A DNA stretch of 64,000 bases, taken from NCBI GenBank assembly GCA_052139675.1, contig JBKQWE010000033.1, forward strand, positions 12,122 through 76,121, read 5' to 3'. A program made the position numbers and the translations under genes. Positions 55,532 to 64,000 of this stretch are shown here, piece by piece (the stretch's first letter is position 1; each line of letters starts with the position of its first letter). The notes under the pieces are model-generated. The model saw only the letters and a program-made list of their open reading frames with translations, was not told the DNA's origin and ran no database searches. The stretch comes from Candidatus Brocadiia bacterium (GTDB taxonomy: Bacteria > Planctomycetota > Brocadiia > CAIUPP01).

Positions 55532-56476
55532 TTATCGTCGCCGCCGGGCGCTTTTGAAGAACTCCACCGTCTTGAGCAGCCCGTCCTCGAACGACACCTT
55601 CGGCTCGTAGCCGAGGAATTTCTTCGCGGCCGAGATGTCCGCCAACGAATGCATCACGTCGCCGGCGCGGCGCGGCTCGTATTTCGACCGGACGTCCTTG
55701 CCGAGGGCCCGGTTGATCGCGGCGATGACCTGGTTGACGGTCACCGACGAGCCGCAGCCGACGTTGAAGACCTTGCCGGGCGCCTCGGGCGCCTCCGCGG
55801 CGAGCAGGTTCGCGTGGACGACGTTCTCGACGTACGTGAAGTCGCGCGACTGCTCGCCATCGCCATAGACGACCGGCGGGCGGTCCTCGAGGATCGCGGT
55901 GGTGAAGAGCGGGATGGCGGCGGCGTATTGCGACTTGGGGTCCTGCCGCGGGCCGAAGACGTTGAAGTAGCGCAGCGACACGGTCTCGAGCCCGTAGCAG
56001 CGCCAGAAGGCGTAGAGGTAGTGCTCGCCGGCGAGCTTGCCGACGGCGTAGGGCGAGAGCGGCTGCGGGAGCAGCGTCTCGACGCGCGGGAAAGTCGGCG
56101 AGTCGCCGTACGCGGCCGAGGACGCGGCGTAGATGACGCGCCGGACGCCGGCCTCTTTCGCCGCCCAGAGCAGCGCCACGGTGCCGTCAATGTTCGCGCG
56201 GTTGCTGGAGATCGGGTCGGCGACGGAGCGCGGCACGCTCGGCAGCGCGGCTTCATGGAAGATGACTTCCGCGCCCTGGACCGCGCGGCGAAGCGCCGCC
56301 GGGTCGTTCAGGTCGCCCTTGATAACGGTCAGCCCGCCCTTGAACGCGGCCAGGTTCTCCTCGCGGCCGGTGGAAAAATCGTCCAGGATGCGCACGCGCG
56401 CGCCGCGTTCGAGGAGCGCGCCGGCGATGTGCGAGCCGATGAACCCCGCCCCGCCGGTAATCAGCCAGTCGCCCAT
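55532..56476 (-). CDS. NAD-dependent epimerase/dehydratase (UDP-sugar 4-epimerase-like, extended SDR)
   Basis: MGDWLITGGAGFIGSH Rossmann motif, catalytic YAVGK. aaagggg RBS supports the 56476 start over 56491. Confidence 0.8.
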   Translation of the reverse strand: MGDWLITGGAGFIGSHIAGALLERGARVRILDDFSTGREENLAAFKGGLTVIKGDLNDPAALRRAVQGAEVIFHEAALPSVPRSVADPISSNRANIDGTVALLWAAKEAGVRRVIYAASSAAYGDSPTFPRVETLLPQPLSPYAVGKLAGEHYLYAFWRCYGLETVSLRYFNVFGPRQDPKSQYAAAIPLFTTAILEDRPPVVYGDGEQSRDFTYVENVVHANLLAAEAPEAPGKVFNVGCGSSVTVNQVIAAINRALGKDVRSKYEPRRAGDVMHSLADISAAKKFLGYEPKVSFEDGLLKTVEFFKSARRRR

Positions 56477-56500
56477 GAATGCCCCTTTCATCTTTCAGTA

Positions 56501-56580
56501 CATCGTGATCGTAATCGTGCTCGTAATCGTAATCGCAGTTCTCCCTATTGAACCGAATGCAGGCCGATTACGATTACGAA
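56501..56580. repeat. (CGTAAT)n palindromic hairpin in the epimerase 5' region
   Basis: catcgtgatcgtaatcgtgctcgtaatcgtaatcg ... cgattacgattacg. 14-bp perfect inverted arms (56522-56535 / 56565-56578), 29-nt loop. Confidence 0.5.
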
Positions 56581-56631
56581 GACAGGAAGCATGCTCCTGC
56601 CCGCAGAGATTACCCCGCCGCCGACGCCCGG

Positions 56632-56826
56632 TCAAGGGACGTTCTCATCGTCAGGCGGCTCATCGTCGTCGGGATCGGGCAGGCCCCATTCGCGCTCCTG
56701 CTTTTTCCATTGCTCGCGCTGGCGGCGGCCCCGGCTGCGGACGACCAGGAAGACCAGGAGGGTGGCGATCGCCATGCCGCTCCAGAAGGTGATCGAGTCG
56801 AGGATCGTTCCCAGCGCGGATGGCAT
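56632..56826 (-). CDS. possible small membrane protein (64 aa) with acidic tail
   Basis: One hydrophobic helix (ITFWSGMAIATLLVFLVV) then RSRGRRQREQWKKQ...DPDDDEPPDDE. Sits between lpxD and the epimerase on the same strand. No homology recognised. Confidence 0.3.
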   Translation of the reverse strand: MPSALGTILDSITFWSGMAIATLLVFLVVRSRGRRQREQWKKQEREWGLPDPDDDEPPDDENVP

Positions 56827-56901
56827 GGCCGTTCGGTTTCCCTGAGCGAAGTCGAAGGGGCACCCTGAGCGAAGTCGAAGGAGCGGCCCTGAGCGGAGCG
56901 G

Positions 56902-58047
56902 TTACGTTTCCGGCGGCTTGGACTTCGCCTCGCCTACGTCGCGGTCGAGCATCGCGGTGATCTCGGACATGCGCTTCTGGACGTGCCGGATCTCGTCGCG
57001 CAGCTCGGGCAGCTTGTGGAGCGCGGCGACGGCGCGCTTCATCTCCTGCATCGGCCGGGCGGGCGAGCCGAAGTACGTGCCGTTCGCCGGCAGCTCGTGG
57101 CTGACGCCCGACTGCGCGGCGACCTGGACGTTGTCGCCGATCTTCAGGTGCCCCGCCACGCCGACCTGCCCGCCGAAACTGCAGTGGCTGCCGATCTTCA
57201 CCGACCCGCTGACGCCGACCTGGCTGACGAACAGGCAGTCCTCGCCGACCTCGACGTTGTGGCTGATCACCACGAGGCTGTCAATTTTCGTCCCGCGTCC
57301 GACGGAGGTGTTGCCGAGCCCGCCGCGGTTGATGACCGAGTTCGCCCCGACGCTCACGTCGTCGCCGATGACGGTGATGCCGACCTGCGGGATGCGCTCG
57401 TACGGGGATTTCAGGTCCACCGCCGGCGCGCCGGCCGGCGAGCGGCCGCTGGCGAGCATTTCGAGGAGGTAGTGTTTCTTCGCGTCCACCGGCGCCCAGC
57501 CGAAGCCGTCGCTGCCGATGCTCACGTTCGCGTGGATGATGCAGCGCTTGCCGATCCGCACCCCGTGGTAAATCGCCGCGTTCGGGTGGATCCACGTCCC
57601 CTCGCCGATCGAGGCGCCGCGCCCGATGAAGACGCCCGCCATGATCGTGGCGCCGTTCCCGATCTCCGCGGCGTCCTCGATCACCGCGCGCGGCCCGATG
57701 GCGACGTCCTCTCCGATCCGGGCCGTCGGCGCGACGATGGCGGTCGCGTGAACGCCCGGAGCGCGCGGCTCCCGCTTCTCCATCAGCGCGCCGACCGCGC
57801 GGGCGAAGGCCAGGTACGGGTTGATCGTCACGATCAGGTTCCGGCGCAGGTTGCGGAACGACGGCGCGACGATGATCGCCGAGGCCTTCGTGGTCTCCAG
57901 GAAGGGCGTGTACTTCGGGTTGCTGACGAACGTGATCTCGCCCGCTCCGGCGTGGTCAATCGCGGCCACGCGCTCGATGACGCATTCCCCGTCGCCGACC
58001 AGTTCAGCCCCGAGCAAGGCCGCAAGATCGCGCAGCTTCAAAGCCAT
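56902..58047 (-). CDS. lpxD: UDP-3-O-(3-hydroxyacyl)glucosamine N-acyltransferase LpxD
   Basis: N-terminal MALKLRDLAALLGAELVGDGECVIERVAAIDHAGAGEITFVSNPKY and a left-handed beta-helix hexapeptide-repeat body. C-terminal 45-aa extension. Confidence 0.85.
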   Translation of the reverse strand: MALKLRDLAALLGAELVGDGECVIERVAAIDHAGAGEITFVSNPKYTPFLETTKASAIIVAPSFRNLRRNLIVTINPYLAFARAVGALMEKREPRAPGVHATAIVAPTARIGEDVAIGPRAVIEDAAEIGNGATIMAGVFIGRGASIGEGTWIHPNAAIYHGVRIGKRCIIHANVSIGSDGFGWAPVDAKKHYLLEMLASGRSPAGAPAVDLKSPYERIPQVGITVIGDDVSVGANSVINRGGLGNTSVGRGTKIDSLVVISHNVEVGEDCLFVSQVGVSGSVKIGSHCSFGGQVGVAGHLKIGDNVQVAAQSGVSHELPANGTYFGSPARPMQEMKRAVAALHKLPELRDEIRHVQKRMSEITAMLDRDVGEAKSKPPET

Positions 58048-58085
58048 CTGGTTCTCCGAGTCGTTCCGCGCCAGGTCTTATCAAG

Positions 58086-58205
58086 AACTGCACAACGAAA
58101 ACAACGACGGCCTTCACCACGAAGTGCACTAAGCACGCGAAGAGAGGCCGGGATTTTCAATTCGCTTTCGCGCCGTTCTTCGTGACCTTCGTGTCCTTCG
58201 TGGTC
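58086..58205. repeat. diverged member of the CACGACG/CACGAAG inverted-repeat family upstream of lpxD
   Basis: caacgaaaacaacgacggccttcaccacgaagtgcac ... ttcttcgtgaccttcgtgtccttcgtggtcagg. Weak arm complementarity (accacgaag / cttcgtggt). Confidence 0.35.
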
Positions 58206-58626
58206 AGGCATTGCTTCCGCAGTCCACAATCGCCCGACCGCGCGGGGTCGGGCAACGCACGATTCTATCAGACTGGCCGCAGGTGTCAACCGAGAACAGC
58301 GGTCGCGAAGTCAGAAGTCTGAATGATGAGCGAAGAACGGGAGCGCTTGCGCGCCCCTCTTGTACTTCATCATTCATCACTCATCGCTCGTACTTCTGTG
58401 GTCCTTCTTGACGCTGCCGCGGCAACAGCCCTCGCCGCTTCCGCCCCGGAAAACGCGCGTCCGGCGTCCCGCTGTTGCTCGTCGAGGAACAAGGGCGGTT
58501 GCTCGGCGGAAGCCCCTTTCGAGCGCAACCTCCGCAACCGCCGCCGGTTGCGCGTTCGGCCTGCACAACTTCTCTCCCGGCACGGCGTTCGCGCTTGTGG
58601 AACGCTGGAAGGGACGGTCAGGAACC

Positions 58627-59109
58627 ATGGACGAATCCGCCAAAGAGCCGGACAAAACCTCTCGCTCCGAACCGCCGGCCGGGCCGCTCGAAATTGTCGC
58701 GCACGTCGCGCGGCGCACCTTCACGACGCTGGCGGGAAAGCCCCGCGCCTCGCCGAGCCCGGCCACCGTCTGGACGGTGAAGTACATCTCGAACCACTTC
58801 CCGGAGAACATCTCGCTAGCCACACTGGCGCGCGGCGCGCAACTGAGCAAGTACCACTTCCTCCGGAAATTCCGCCAGGAGGCCGGCCTGACGCCGGGCG
58901 CGTACCTGAAACGGTACCGGATCGTCCAGGCGATGGACTACCTCACCGGCACGCGGCACACGGTCAAGAAGATCGGCCGGATGGTCGGCTACCGCGACCC
59001 GGCCGCCTTCTCGCGCGCCTTCACCCAGATCGCCGGCACGCAGCCGTACCTCTATCGCGTCACGCGCCAGGCGAAAGCGGCGGAGGACCAGCCGCCCGGC
59101 CAACCGTAG
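58627..59109 (+). CDS. AraC-family transcriptional regulator (HTH domain protein, 160 aa)
   Basis: C-terminal AraC-type HTH (LATLARGAQLSKYHFLRKFRQEAGLTPGAYLKRYRIVQAMDYL...IGRMVGYRDPAAFSRAF). Start chosen at MDESAKE. Upstream track codons are Arg/Ala-rich. Confidence 0.65.
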   Translation: MDESAKEPDKTSRSEPPAGPLEIVAHVARRTFTTLAGKPRASPSPATVWTVKYISNHFPENISLATLARGAQLSKYHFLRKFRQEAGLTPGAYLKRYRIVQAMDYLTGTRHTVKKIGRMVGYRDPAAFSRAFTQIAGTQPYLYRVTRQAKAAEDQPPGQP

Positions 59110-59119
59110 CGCACCGATT

Positions 59120-62100
59120 TCATCCGCGCGACTCTAGAATCGCGATTTCTGCCTTAGTAAGACCATAGAGGTCATACACGAGCCGGTCAATCTCGCTGTC
59201 CGTCGAGGCAATCTGCCGTTGATTTACGGCCTTCTCCGCCTCCGATTTCGCCGCCGCAAGCCGCTTCTGCAACTGCATCATTTGGTTAACCATGGAGACA
59301 ATCCGGCCGTGATGAGATTTATCTTTTGCCTTATTAAAGTCGATTTGTCGAATCGGAAGCTGTCCTATGAACTGTTTGTTGGCCGCGAAATATCCACCAT
59401 GAAATGTCGTCGTAACGTGCTTCAGGTAGAAGTCTAGCAAGCGGGAGTTCAGCAGTCCGCAAAGGTATTCCAGACTACCCGTTTTCTCGTTGATCGTAAT
59501 CCCGAACCCGCCGGTCGTTACGTTGACAAAGTAGAAGTTGTCATGCCTGTCAAGGTAAGCAGCAAGGTCGGTGACCATGTACGGAATCATTAGTTTCGCC
59601 TGTTCCCATACGGCAAGGTTTTTCGGGTAAAGCTGGTGCCACGCTGAGCGGAACTTGCCGTGCTCCCGGGCCGCCAGCAAATCTCGGTTACGGGTCAGAT
59701 ATTTCCAGGCCAGAGGGAAACGTTCTTGCATCTCAAGTGCCGAGTAAAGACGCGCCGAACAGTTTTTGACCTCGTAGGGAAACAAGACCAAGGCCGTCGG
59801 TCTCGCACTGTAACGTCCGATGCTCCCGCTTCGGATGACACGCTTGAGGATAGCGGTTTCGATCGAGAAGGACTCGCCCAGTTCGGCGGAGGCTACTATC
59901 GTAGTGCCTTTCCTTCCGGCCTTGAAGTTCTTGAACAGAAAGACAGAGTCCGCACTGGTCTGAAGACCAACGAAAATTCCAGTCGCGATGTCGCATAGTT
60001 TGGCTGGCATCTTTGCCAAACGATCAAACAGCGCTGCGCCTTTGCCGACGACGAAATTCCACTCCGCAGAAGTCATCTTTCTCGTGGGGATGAAGATTTC
60101 GTCTGTCGGTCCCTTCGACCTGCGAGGCTGGCGCGAATAGGAGGCAGCCGCTTCCCTGACAACCTCGGTCGAAGGAGCGGCGCGGGCTGCTTCCATCCTC
60201 CCATCGTCAGCGTCGCCTACCGTCAGCAACTCACGCCACGCTGCTAGGTCATTCACTTTCACAAACCGGCACTCTTTCACGCCGGTCTTGTTTAGGAACA
60301 CCAGACACGTATAGGTGGTCGCACCGTCGAACACCTGCTGGTCGCCGAAATGAACGACGTGTGACAACTGCTGCCCCTGCGCAATGATGGCTCGTAGGGC
60401 TACACCGTACTTCGCGTTGAAAAACTTATGCGGCACAATGAAGCCCAGCCTGCCGGTGGCGCTGAGTCGCTTGATTCCAGCTTCAATGAAGACGACGTAT
60501 ATGTCATAGTTTCCACCTCGGGCCGACCCGTAGAGTTCCTTATAGATCTCGACTTCGAGCGGCGCCCATTCTTTCATTGTCTGGATTCGAACGTACGGGG
60601 GATTTCCGATAACGGCGTCAAAGCCGCCCTCATGAATGGCGTCCGGGAATTCCTTCTTCCAGTCAAACGCATTGACGCGCCTCATCTCGTCGGCATCGGG
60701 AATGAGTTTTCCGGCAAAGTATCCAGGGCCAATGAGCGAATTGCCGCATTTGATGTTGTCACTCAGGTTCGGAAGGGCGCGTTCGTGGAAAAGCTGCATC
60801 GTACGTCCGACCGTCTCTGCGCTCTCACCCTCCAGCACTTTGAGCAAGAGCGAGAGCTTTGTGACTTCGACCGCCTGCGCGTCTATGTCCACGCCAAATA
60901 TATGCGTCGTAAGGATGCGCTTTTTCTCGGCGATGGTCAGCCGCAACTGCCCTGACTTTGCGTCGCGGAAGACGGCCTCCTTGTGTTTCTCTGGAGAGTC
61001 TTCAACGTACCATTTCATTGCGTGGTCGAGCAAAACTTGGTACGCCCCGAGAAGAAATGATCCTGAGCCGCAAGCCATATCAAGAACCCGGTACTGCTTT
61101 TGGCCTCGGCCCTTGCCCGCGAGTGCGCTGGGACTTTGCCCGTCTATCTGGCTACCGACGGTGTTCTTGACGATGTAGTCCACGATATAGGCCGGCGTGT
61201 AATACACGCCCCCAGCTTTGCGCACCTCTGGTTTTTCTTCCACCTTCGCCTGGTGTCCCGTGGTGAGGCGGATCTTCTTACCGAGGAAACGCTCATAGAT
61301 GCTTCCCAGGATCTCGACGGGCATCAAGTTAAACTTATAGGGTGAGCCGTTCTCGCCATAGAGGTTGCCAAGGATTGGCCTGAGGACTTCATCGTCAACC
61401 TGCAAATGAGGGGTGAGCGTATCAGGCCTTTCGTCAATTGCCCTTTCCTCGTGAAAGTGGAAAAGGCCGGAGTTGTATTTGGCATCCGCAGGTTCACAAA
61501 GTTCCTTCATGAAGCGCCGATAAATTCTATCGGCTTGCGATAGCCGCAGGAGTTCCCCATAGCGTTCCATGCCTCTGTCCTCCGCCATGCGGAGGAAGAT
61601 GATCCTGTCAATGACGACTTGCACAGCGCGGTTGAGATCGTCTGCAGACAACCTCGGATTGCGCAGGGCAAGATTAAGGGCAAGATTCTTGCGCCACGTC
61701 TCGATTTCTTTCAGGAAGTCGTCATCAACCTGCGAACTGCCCCGCATAGACTTGGGCGCAAACTTGCTGTCGAATGCACCTGACCGCACTGCCTCACGAG
61801 AGAAACTATCCCATATCTCCTTCCAATCATCAGCATATCTCTCGTAACCATAGATCACCATACGTGCCATGGCTGGTTTATCTTTAACCTTGGGGCGGAT
61901 GGTGCAGTTATATACAGCAACGTTCTCGAAATTAGTGAGGAGTGAGACCGGCAGTTTGCTACTGTAACCGTAGCTGCGGAGTTGCAGGGCCGGTGCAGGA
62001 TCTTCGTTGATGTTCACGCTGCACTTCTTCGCCTCGGCGTAAAAGTGAGGCTTGTTGCTGCGCAAGCAAAAGGTATAGTCGGGTTTCTTGTTATGGCCTT

Positions 62101-62323
62101 CGGCGTCAAGGCTCTCTTCATAGAGTACCTCGCAGAATTGCGGCGCGGCGCGCTCCTCGTTCCACACATCCCAGCCGAGAGCTTGCAGGAAGCGGTCAAT
62201 AAGATCCTTGCGGACCGTAGCCTCTTTCATTTTCTGAGCGAAGAAGGCATCGCGGTTTGTCTTGTAGTAAGCGCAGACTACCGCTATCTGGTCCTTGCCC
62301 TCCTGAAATGACTTAGCGATCAT
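59120..62323 (-). CDS. Type IIG/IIL single-chain restriction-modification enzyme (MmeI/Eco57I-like: N-terminal PD-ExK nuclease, gamma-class N6-A MTase, C-terminal TRD)
   Basis: N-terminal DYTF...YAEAKK (PD-ExK-like). MTase motif I VLDMACGSGSFL, motif X GGVYYTPAYIVDYIV, motif IV GNPPYV. About 300-aa C-terminal specificity region. GC roughly 50% versus about 68% in flanks. Confidence 0.8.
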   Translation of the reverse strand: MIAKSFQEGKDQIAVVCAYYKTNRDAFFAQKMKEATVRKDLIDRFLQALGWDVWNEERAAPQFCEVLYEESLDAEGHNKKPDYTFCLRSNKPHFYAEAKKCSVNINEDPAPALQLRSYGYSSKLPVSLLTNFENVAVYNCTIRPKVKDKPAMARMVIYGYERYADDWKEIWDSFSREAVRSGAFDSKFAPKSMRGSSQVDDDFLKEIETWRKNLALNLALRNPRLSADDLNRAVQVVIDRIIFLRMAEDRGMERYGELLRLSQADRIYRRFMKELCEPADAKYNSGLFHFHEERAIDERPDTLTPHLQVDDEVLRPILGNLYGENGSPYKFNLMPVEILGSIYERFLGKKIRLTTGHQAKVEEKPEVRKAGGVYYTPAYIVDYIVKNTVGSQIDGQSPSALAGKGRGQKQYRVLDMACGSGSFLLGAYQVLLDHAMKWYVEDSPEKHKEAVFRDAKSGQLRLTIAEKKRILTTHIFGVDIDAQAVEVTKLSLLLKVLEGESAETVGRTMQLFHERALPNLSDNIKCGNSLIGPGYFAGKLIPDADEMRRVNAFDWKKEFPDAIHEGGFDAVIGNPPYVRIQTMKEWAPLEVEIYKELYGSARGGNYDIYVVFIEAGIKRLSATGRLGFIVPHKFFNAKYGVALRAIIAQGQQLSHVVHFGDQQVFDGATTYTCLVFLNKTGVKECRFVKVNDLAAWRELLTVGDADDGRMEAARAAPSTEVVREAAASYSRQPRRSKGPTDEIFIPTRKMTSAEWNFVVGKGAALFDRLAKMPAKLCDIATGIFVGLQTSADSVFLFKNFKAGRKGTTIVASAELGESFSIETAILKRVIRSGSIGRYSARPTALVLFPYEVKNCSARLYSALEMQERFPLAWKYLTRNRDLLAAREHGKFRSAWHQLYPKNLAVWEQAKLMIPYMVTDLAAYLDRHDNFYFVNVTTGGFGITINEKTGSLEYLCGLLNSRLLDFYLKHVTTTFHGGYFAANKQFIGQLPIRQIDFNKAKDKSHHGRIVSMVNQMMQLQKRLAAAKSEAEKAVNQRQIASTDSEIDRLVYDLYGLTKAEIAILESRG

Positions 62324-62347
62324 TTTTCAATGACCTCCCAATGTTCT

Positions 62348-63721
62348 TCATGATTGCTTCGTTTCGCCTTCCGGGAGTTCCAGCGCTCGCGGCGAGCCGT
62401 CCTGCGGCTCGAGCGGCGGGATTTCCTCGGAGGTTGTCCCGCTGAGCTCCTTGAGCTTCCTCGCGCTCGGGAGCAGGCGGCCGTTGATCGAGACGACGGC
62501 TTTGTTGTAGCTCTCCATCGCGCGGGCGAGCTGCGCGCCGACCTCGTCGAGGTACTCGAAGACCTTCGCGGCGCGCTCGTAGAGCCGCTGGCCTTCCTGG
62601 CTGATCTTGCGCGCGTTCTCCTCGATCTCCGCCTGCCGCCAGCCGTGCGCGACGGTGATGAGCAGCGGGATCAGCGTCGTCGGCGTCGCGAGCATCACGC
62701 CGCGCTGGATGCTGTCCTCGAAGAGCGCCGGGTCCGCCTGGATCGCGGCGCTGAAGAACGCGTCGCCGGGGATGAACAGCACGGTGAACTCCGGCGCGCG
62801 GTCGAACTGCCGCGCGTATTCCTTCGACGCGAGCCGTTCCATGTGATCGCGCACGTGCCGCGCGTGCTCCCTGAGTTTTTCCCGGCGCGCGTTCTCGTCG
62901 GCGGCGTCGTGCGCTTCCAGGTAGGCGCTCAGCGACACCTTCGAGTCCACCACGATGTCGCGCCCGGCGGGCAGGTGGACAATCATGTCGGGCCGGAGCC
63001 GGCCGTTCTCGCCGTCCACGGAGACCTGCTCGGAGAAATCGCGGCCCGGCGCCATGCCCGCCGCCTCGACGACGCGGCGGAGGTTCATCTCGCCCCAGAG
63101 CCCGACCGCCTGCGACGAGCGCAGCGCGCCAGCCAGGTTGCCCGCCTCGCGCTGGATCTTGTCCTGCCCGTCGCGGAGGAGCGAAGCCTGCTGGCCGAGT
63201 TCCGCGTTGGCCTTGTTCAGGACCAGGAGGCCCTCCTGGTAGCGCTGCAGCGATTCGGCGAGCGGCTGGAGGATTTTCTCGATGGACTCGCGGCGCTTCT
63301 CCAGGTTGCCGTCCTCCTGCGCGACGAGCGTCTCCAGGTGCGCGCGCGCGAGGCGGACGAACTCGGCGCTGTTGGCCTTGAGCGTCTCGCCGGCGAGCGC
63401 CTTGAACGTCTCCTCGAATTTTCCGCGCGCGTCGTTGAGCAGCGCGAGCTTCTCCTGGTTCTGCGCGCGGGCGGCTTCCATCTGCGCGGTCAGGCCGGCG
63501 AGGCGGGCCTCGACCGCGGACCGCGCCTCGGCCGCGGCGCGCAGCGACTCCTCGCGCTGGGCGAGCGCCGCCTGGAGGTCGGCGATGCGCGCGTCGCGCG
63601 CTTCGACCTGCGCGGCCAGCGTCGCCGATTCGGCCGCGCCGCGGCGGGAACGATTCGTCGTCAAGGCGTACGCCACCGCCGCGCCCAGGACGAGGCCGGC
63701 GATCAGGCAGAGGATTTCCAT
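62348..63721 (-). CDS. rmuC: DNA recombination protein RmuC
   Basis: N-terminal TM helix, long coiled coil, RmuC domain with GLWGEMNLRRVVE and IVVDSK motifs. Confidence 0.85.
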   Translation of the reverse strand: MEILCLIAGLVLGAAVAYALTTNRSRRGAAESATLAAQVEARDARIADLQAALAQREESLRAAAEARSAVEARLAGLTAQMEAARAQNQEKLALLNDARGKFEETFKALAGETLKANSAEFVRLARAHLETLVAQEDGNLEKRRESIEKILQPLAESLQRYQEGLLVLNKANAELGQQASLLRDGQDKIQREAGNLAGALRSSQAVGLWGEMNLRRVVEAAGMAPGRDFSEQVSVDGENGRLRPDMIVHLPAGRDIVVDSKVSLSAYLEAHDAADENARREKLREHARHVRDHMERLASKEYARQFDRAPEFTVLFIPGDAFFSAAIQADPALFEDSIQRGVMLATPTTLIPLLITVAHGWRQAEIEENARKISQEGQRLYERAAKVFEYLDEVGAQLARAMESYNKAVVSINGRLLPSARKLKELSGTTSEEIPPLEPQDGSPRALELPEGETKQS

Positions 63722-63883
63722 CGCGCATCAACTCCAATCTGAGATCGCGTAGTGAGCGTCATACTGTAAAATCGCCCGCCGAGAATGTAAAATGACCGGG
63801 ATGTCTTACGCGGCGTATTTTACATCTTTGGGCTGACAGTTGCATGGCCGACTTGCAACGGCGTTCCTCTCGATGAAGGCGAA

Positions 63884-64000
63884 ATGATGCGCGTCATGTG
63901 GTGGATTGCGCTTTTGCTGCCGTTCGCGGGAGGCTGCGCCGTGCCGCATTTCGGCGGGGCCTTCGAGACCAGCGTGGCGATCGGCGTCTGCTTCGACGAC
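63884..64000 (+). CDS. putative lipoprotein, 5' partial (continues beyond the window)
   Basis: MMRVMWWIALLLPFAGGCA is a lipobox-type signal. Only 39 codons visible. Confidence 0.35.
   Translation, partial: MMRVMWWIALLLPFAGGCAVPHFGGAFETSVAIGVCFDD

Noticed and set aside
28320-58205. Possibility that the tandem/inverted simple repeats are CRISPR arrays
   Set aside because: No regular repeat-spacer periodicity, repeats are imperfect trinucleotide/hexamer-based palindromes, and no cas genes in the window.
62354-63742. 462-aa plus-strand ORF opposite rmuC
   Set aside because: RmuC motifs (GLWGEM) are on the minus strand. This frame is Arg/Leu/Ala-biased.

Overview
High-GC (roughly 65-70% by eye) bacterial chromosomal window. 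Two PEP-CTERM proteins and many secreted CAZymes suggest an exosortase-bearing, glycan-degrading organism. Any taxonomic guess beyond that is inference. No rRNA, tRNA, CRISPR array or transposase was recognised. The window has four parts. (1) 0-11.3 kb is a galactoside / xylogluco-oligosaccharide utilisation locus: partial GH42 beta-galactosidase, GH3 beta-glucosidase, GH31, a complete mglBAC sugar ABC importer, and GH27 alpha-galactosidase. (2) 11.5-34.3 kb holds a GT39-like plus GT4 glycosyltransferase pair, more secreted glycoside hydrolases, a URO-D/MtaA-family protein (a second paralog lies at 52.3 kb), an AspA/FumC-family lyase, a flavoprotein, scpA, an OYE reductase and a LysM coiled-coil membrane protein. 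(3) 34.5-47 kb looks like an accessory, defence-island-like segment. It begins at an aldo-keto-reductase gene remnant. It contains a mazEF pair with a translationally coupled third gene, followed tightly by a YhaM-like OB-HD nuclease, an NDT-fold (N-glycosidase-like) protein and a Cys-based phosphatase. It also contains a second PemK-like TA pair, DUF72, a TaqI-like gamma-class MTase with an overlapping REase candidate, a solitary topoisomerase VI B-subunit homologue with a Lys/Pro/Ala-rich N-tail (no Top6A nearby), and an orphan beta-class DNA MTase behind an operator-like repeat array. (4) 47-64 kb holds FGE, secreted proteins, a PP2C sensor phosphatase, lexA, a PEP-CTERM protein, epimerase, lpxD, an AraC regulator, a conspicuously low-GC Type IIG R-M enzyme, rmuC and a partial lipoprotein. 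Intergenic DNA carries several palindromic repeat families. The most notable is a ~135 bp two-hairpin element present twice whose stems differ only by compensatory substitutions. Many long antisense ORFs in the six-frame track are high-GC artefacts and were rejected.
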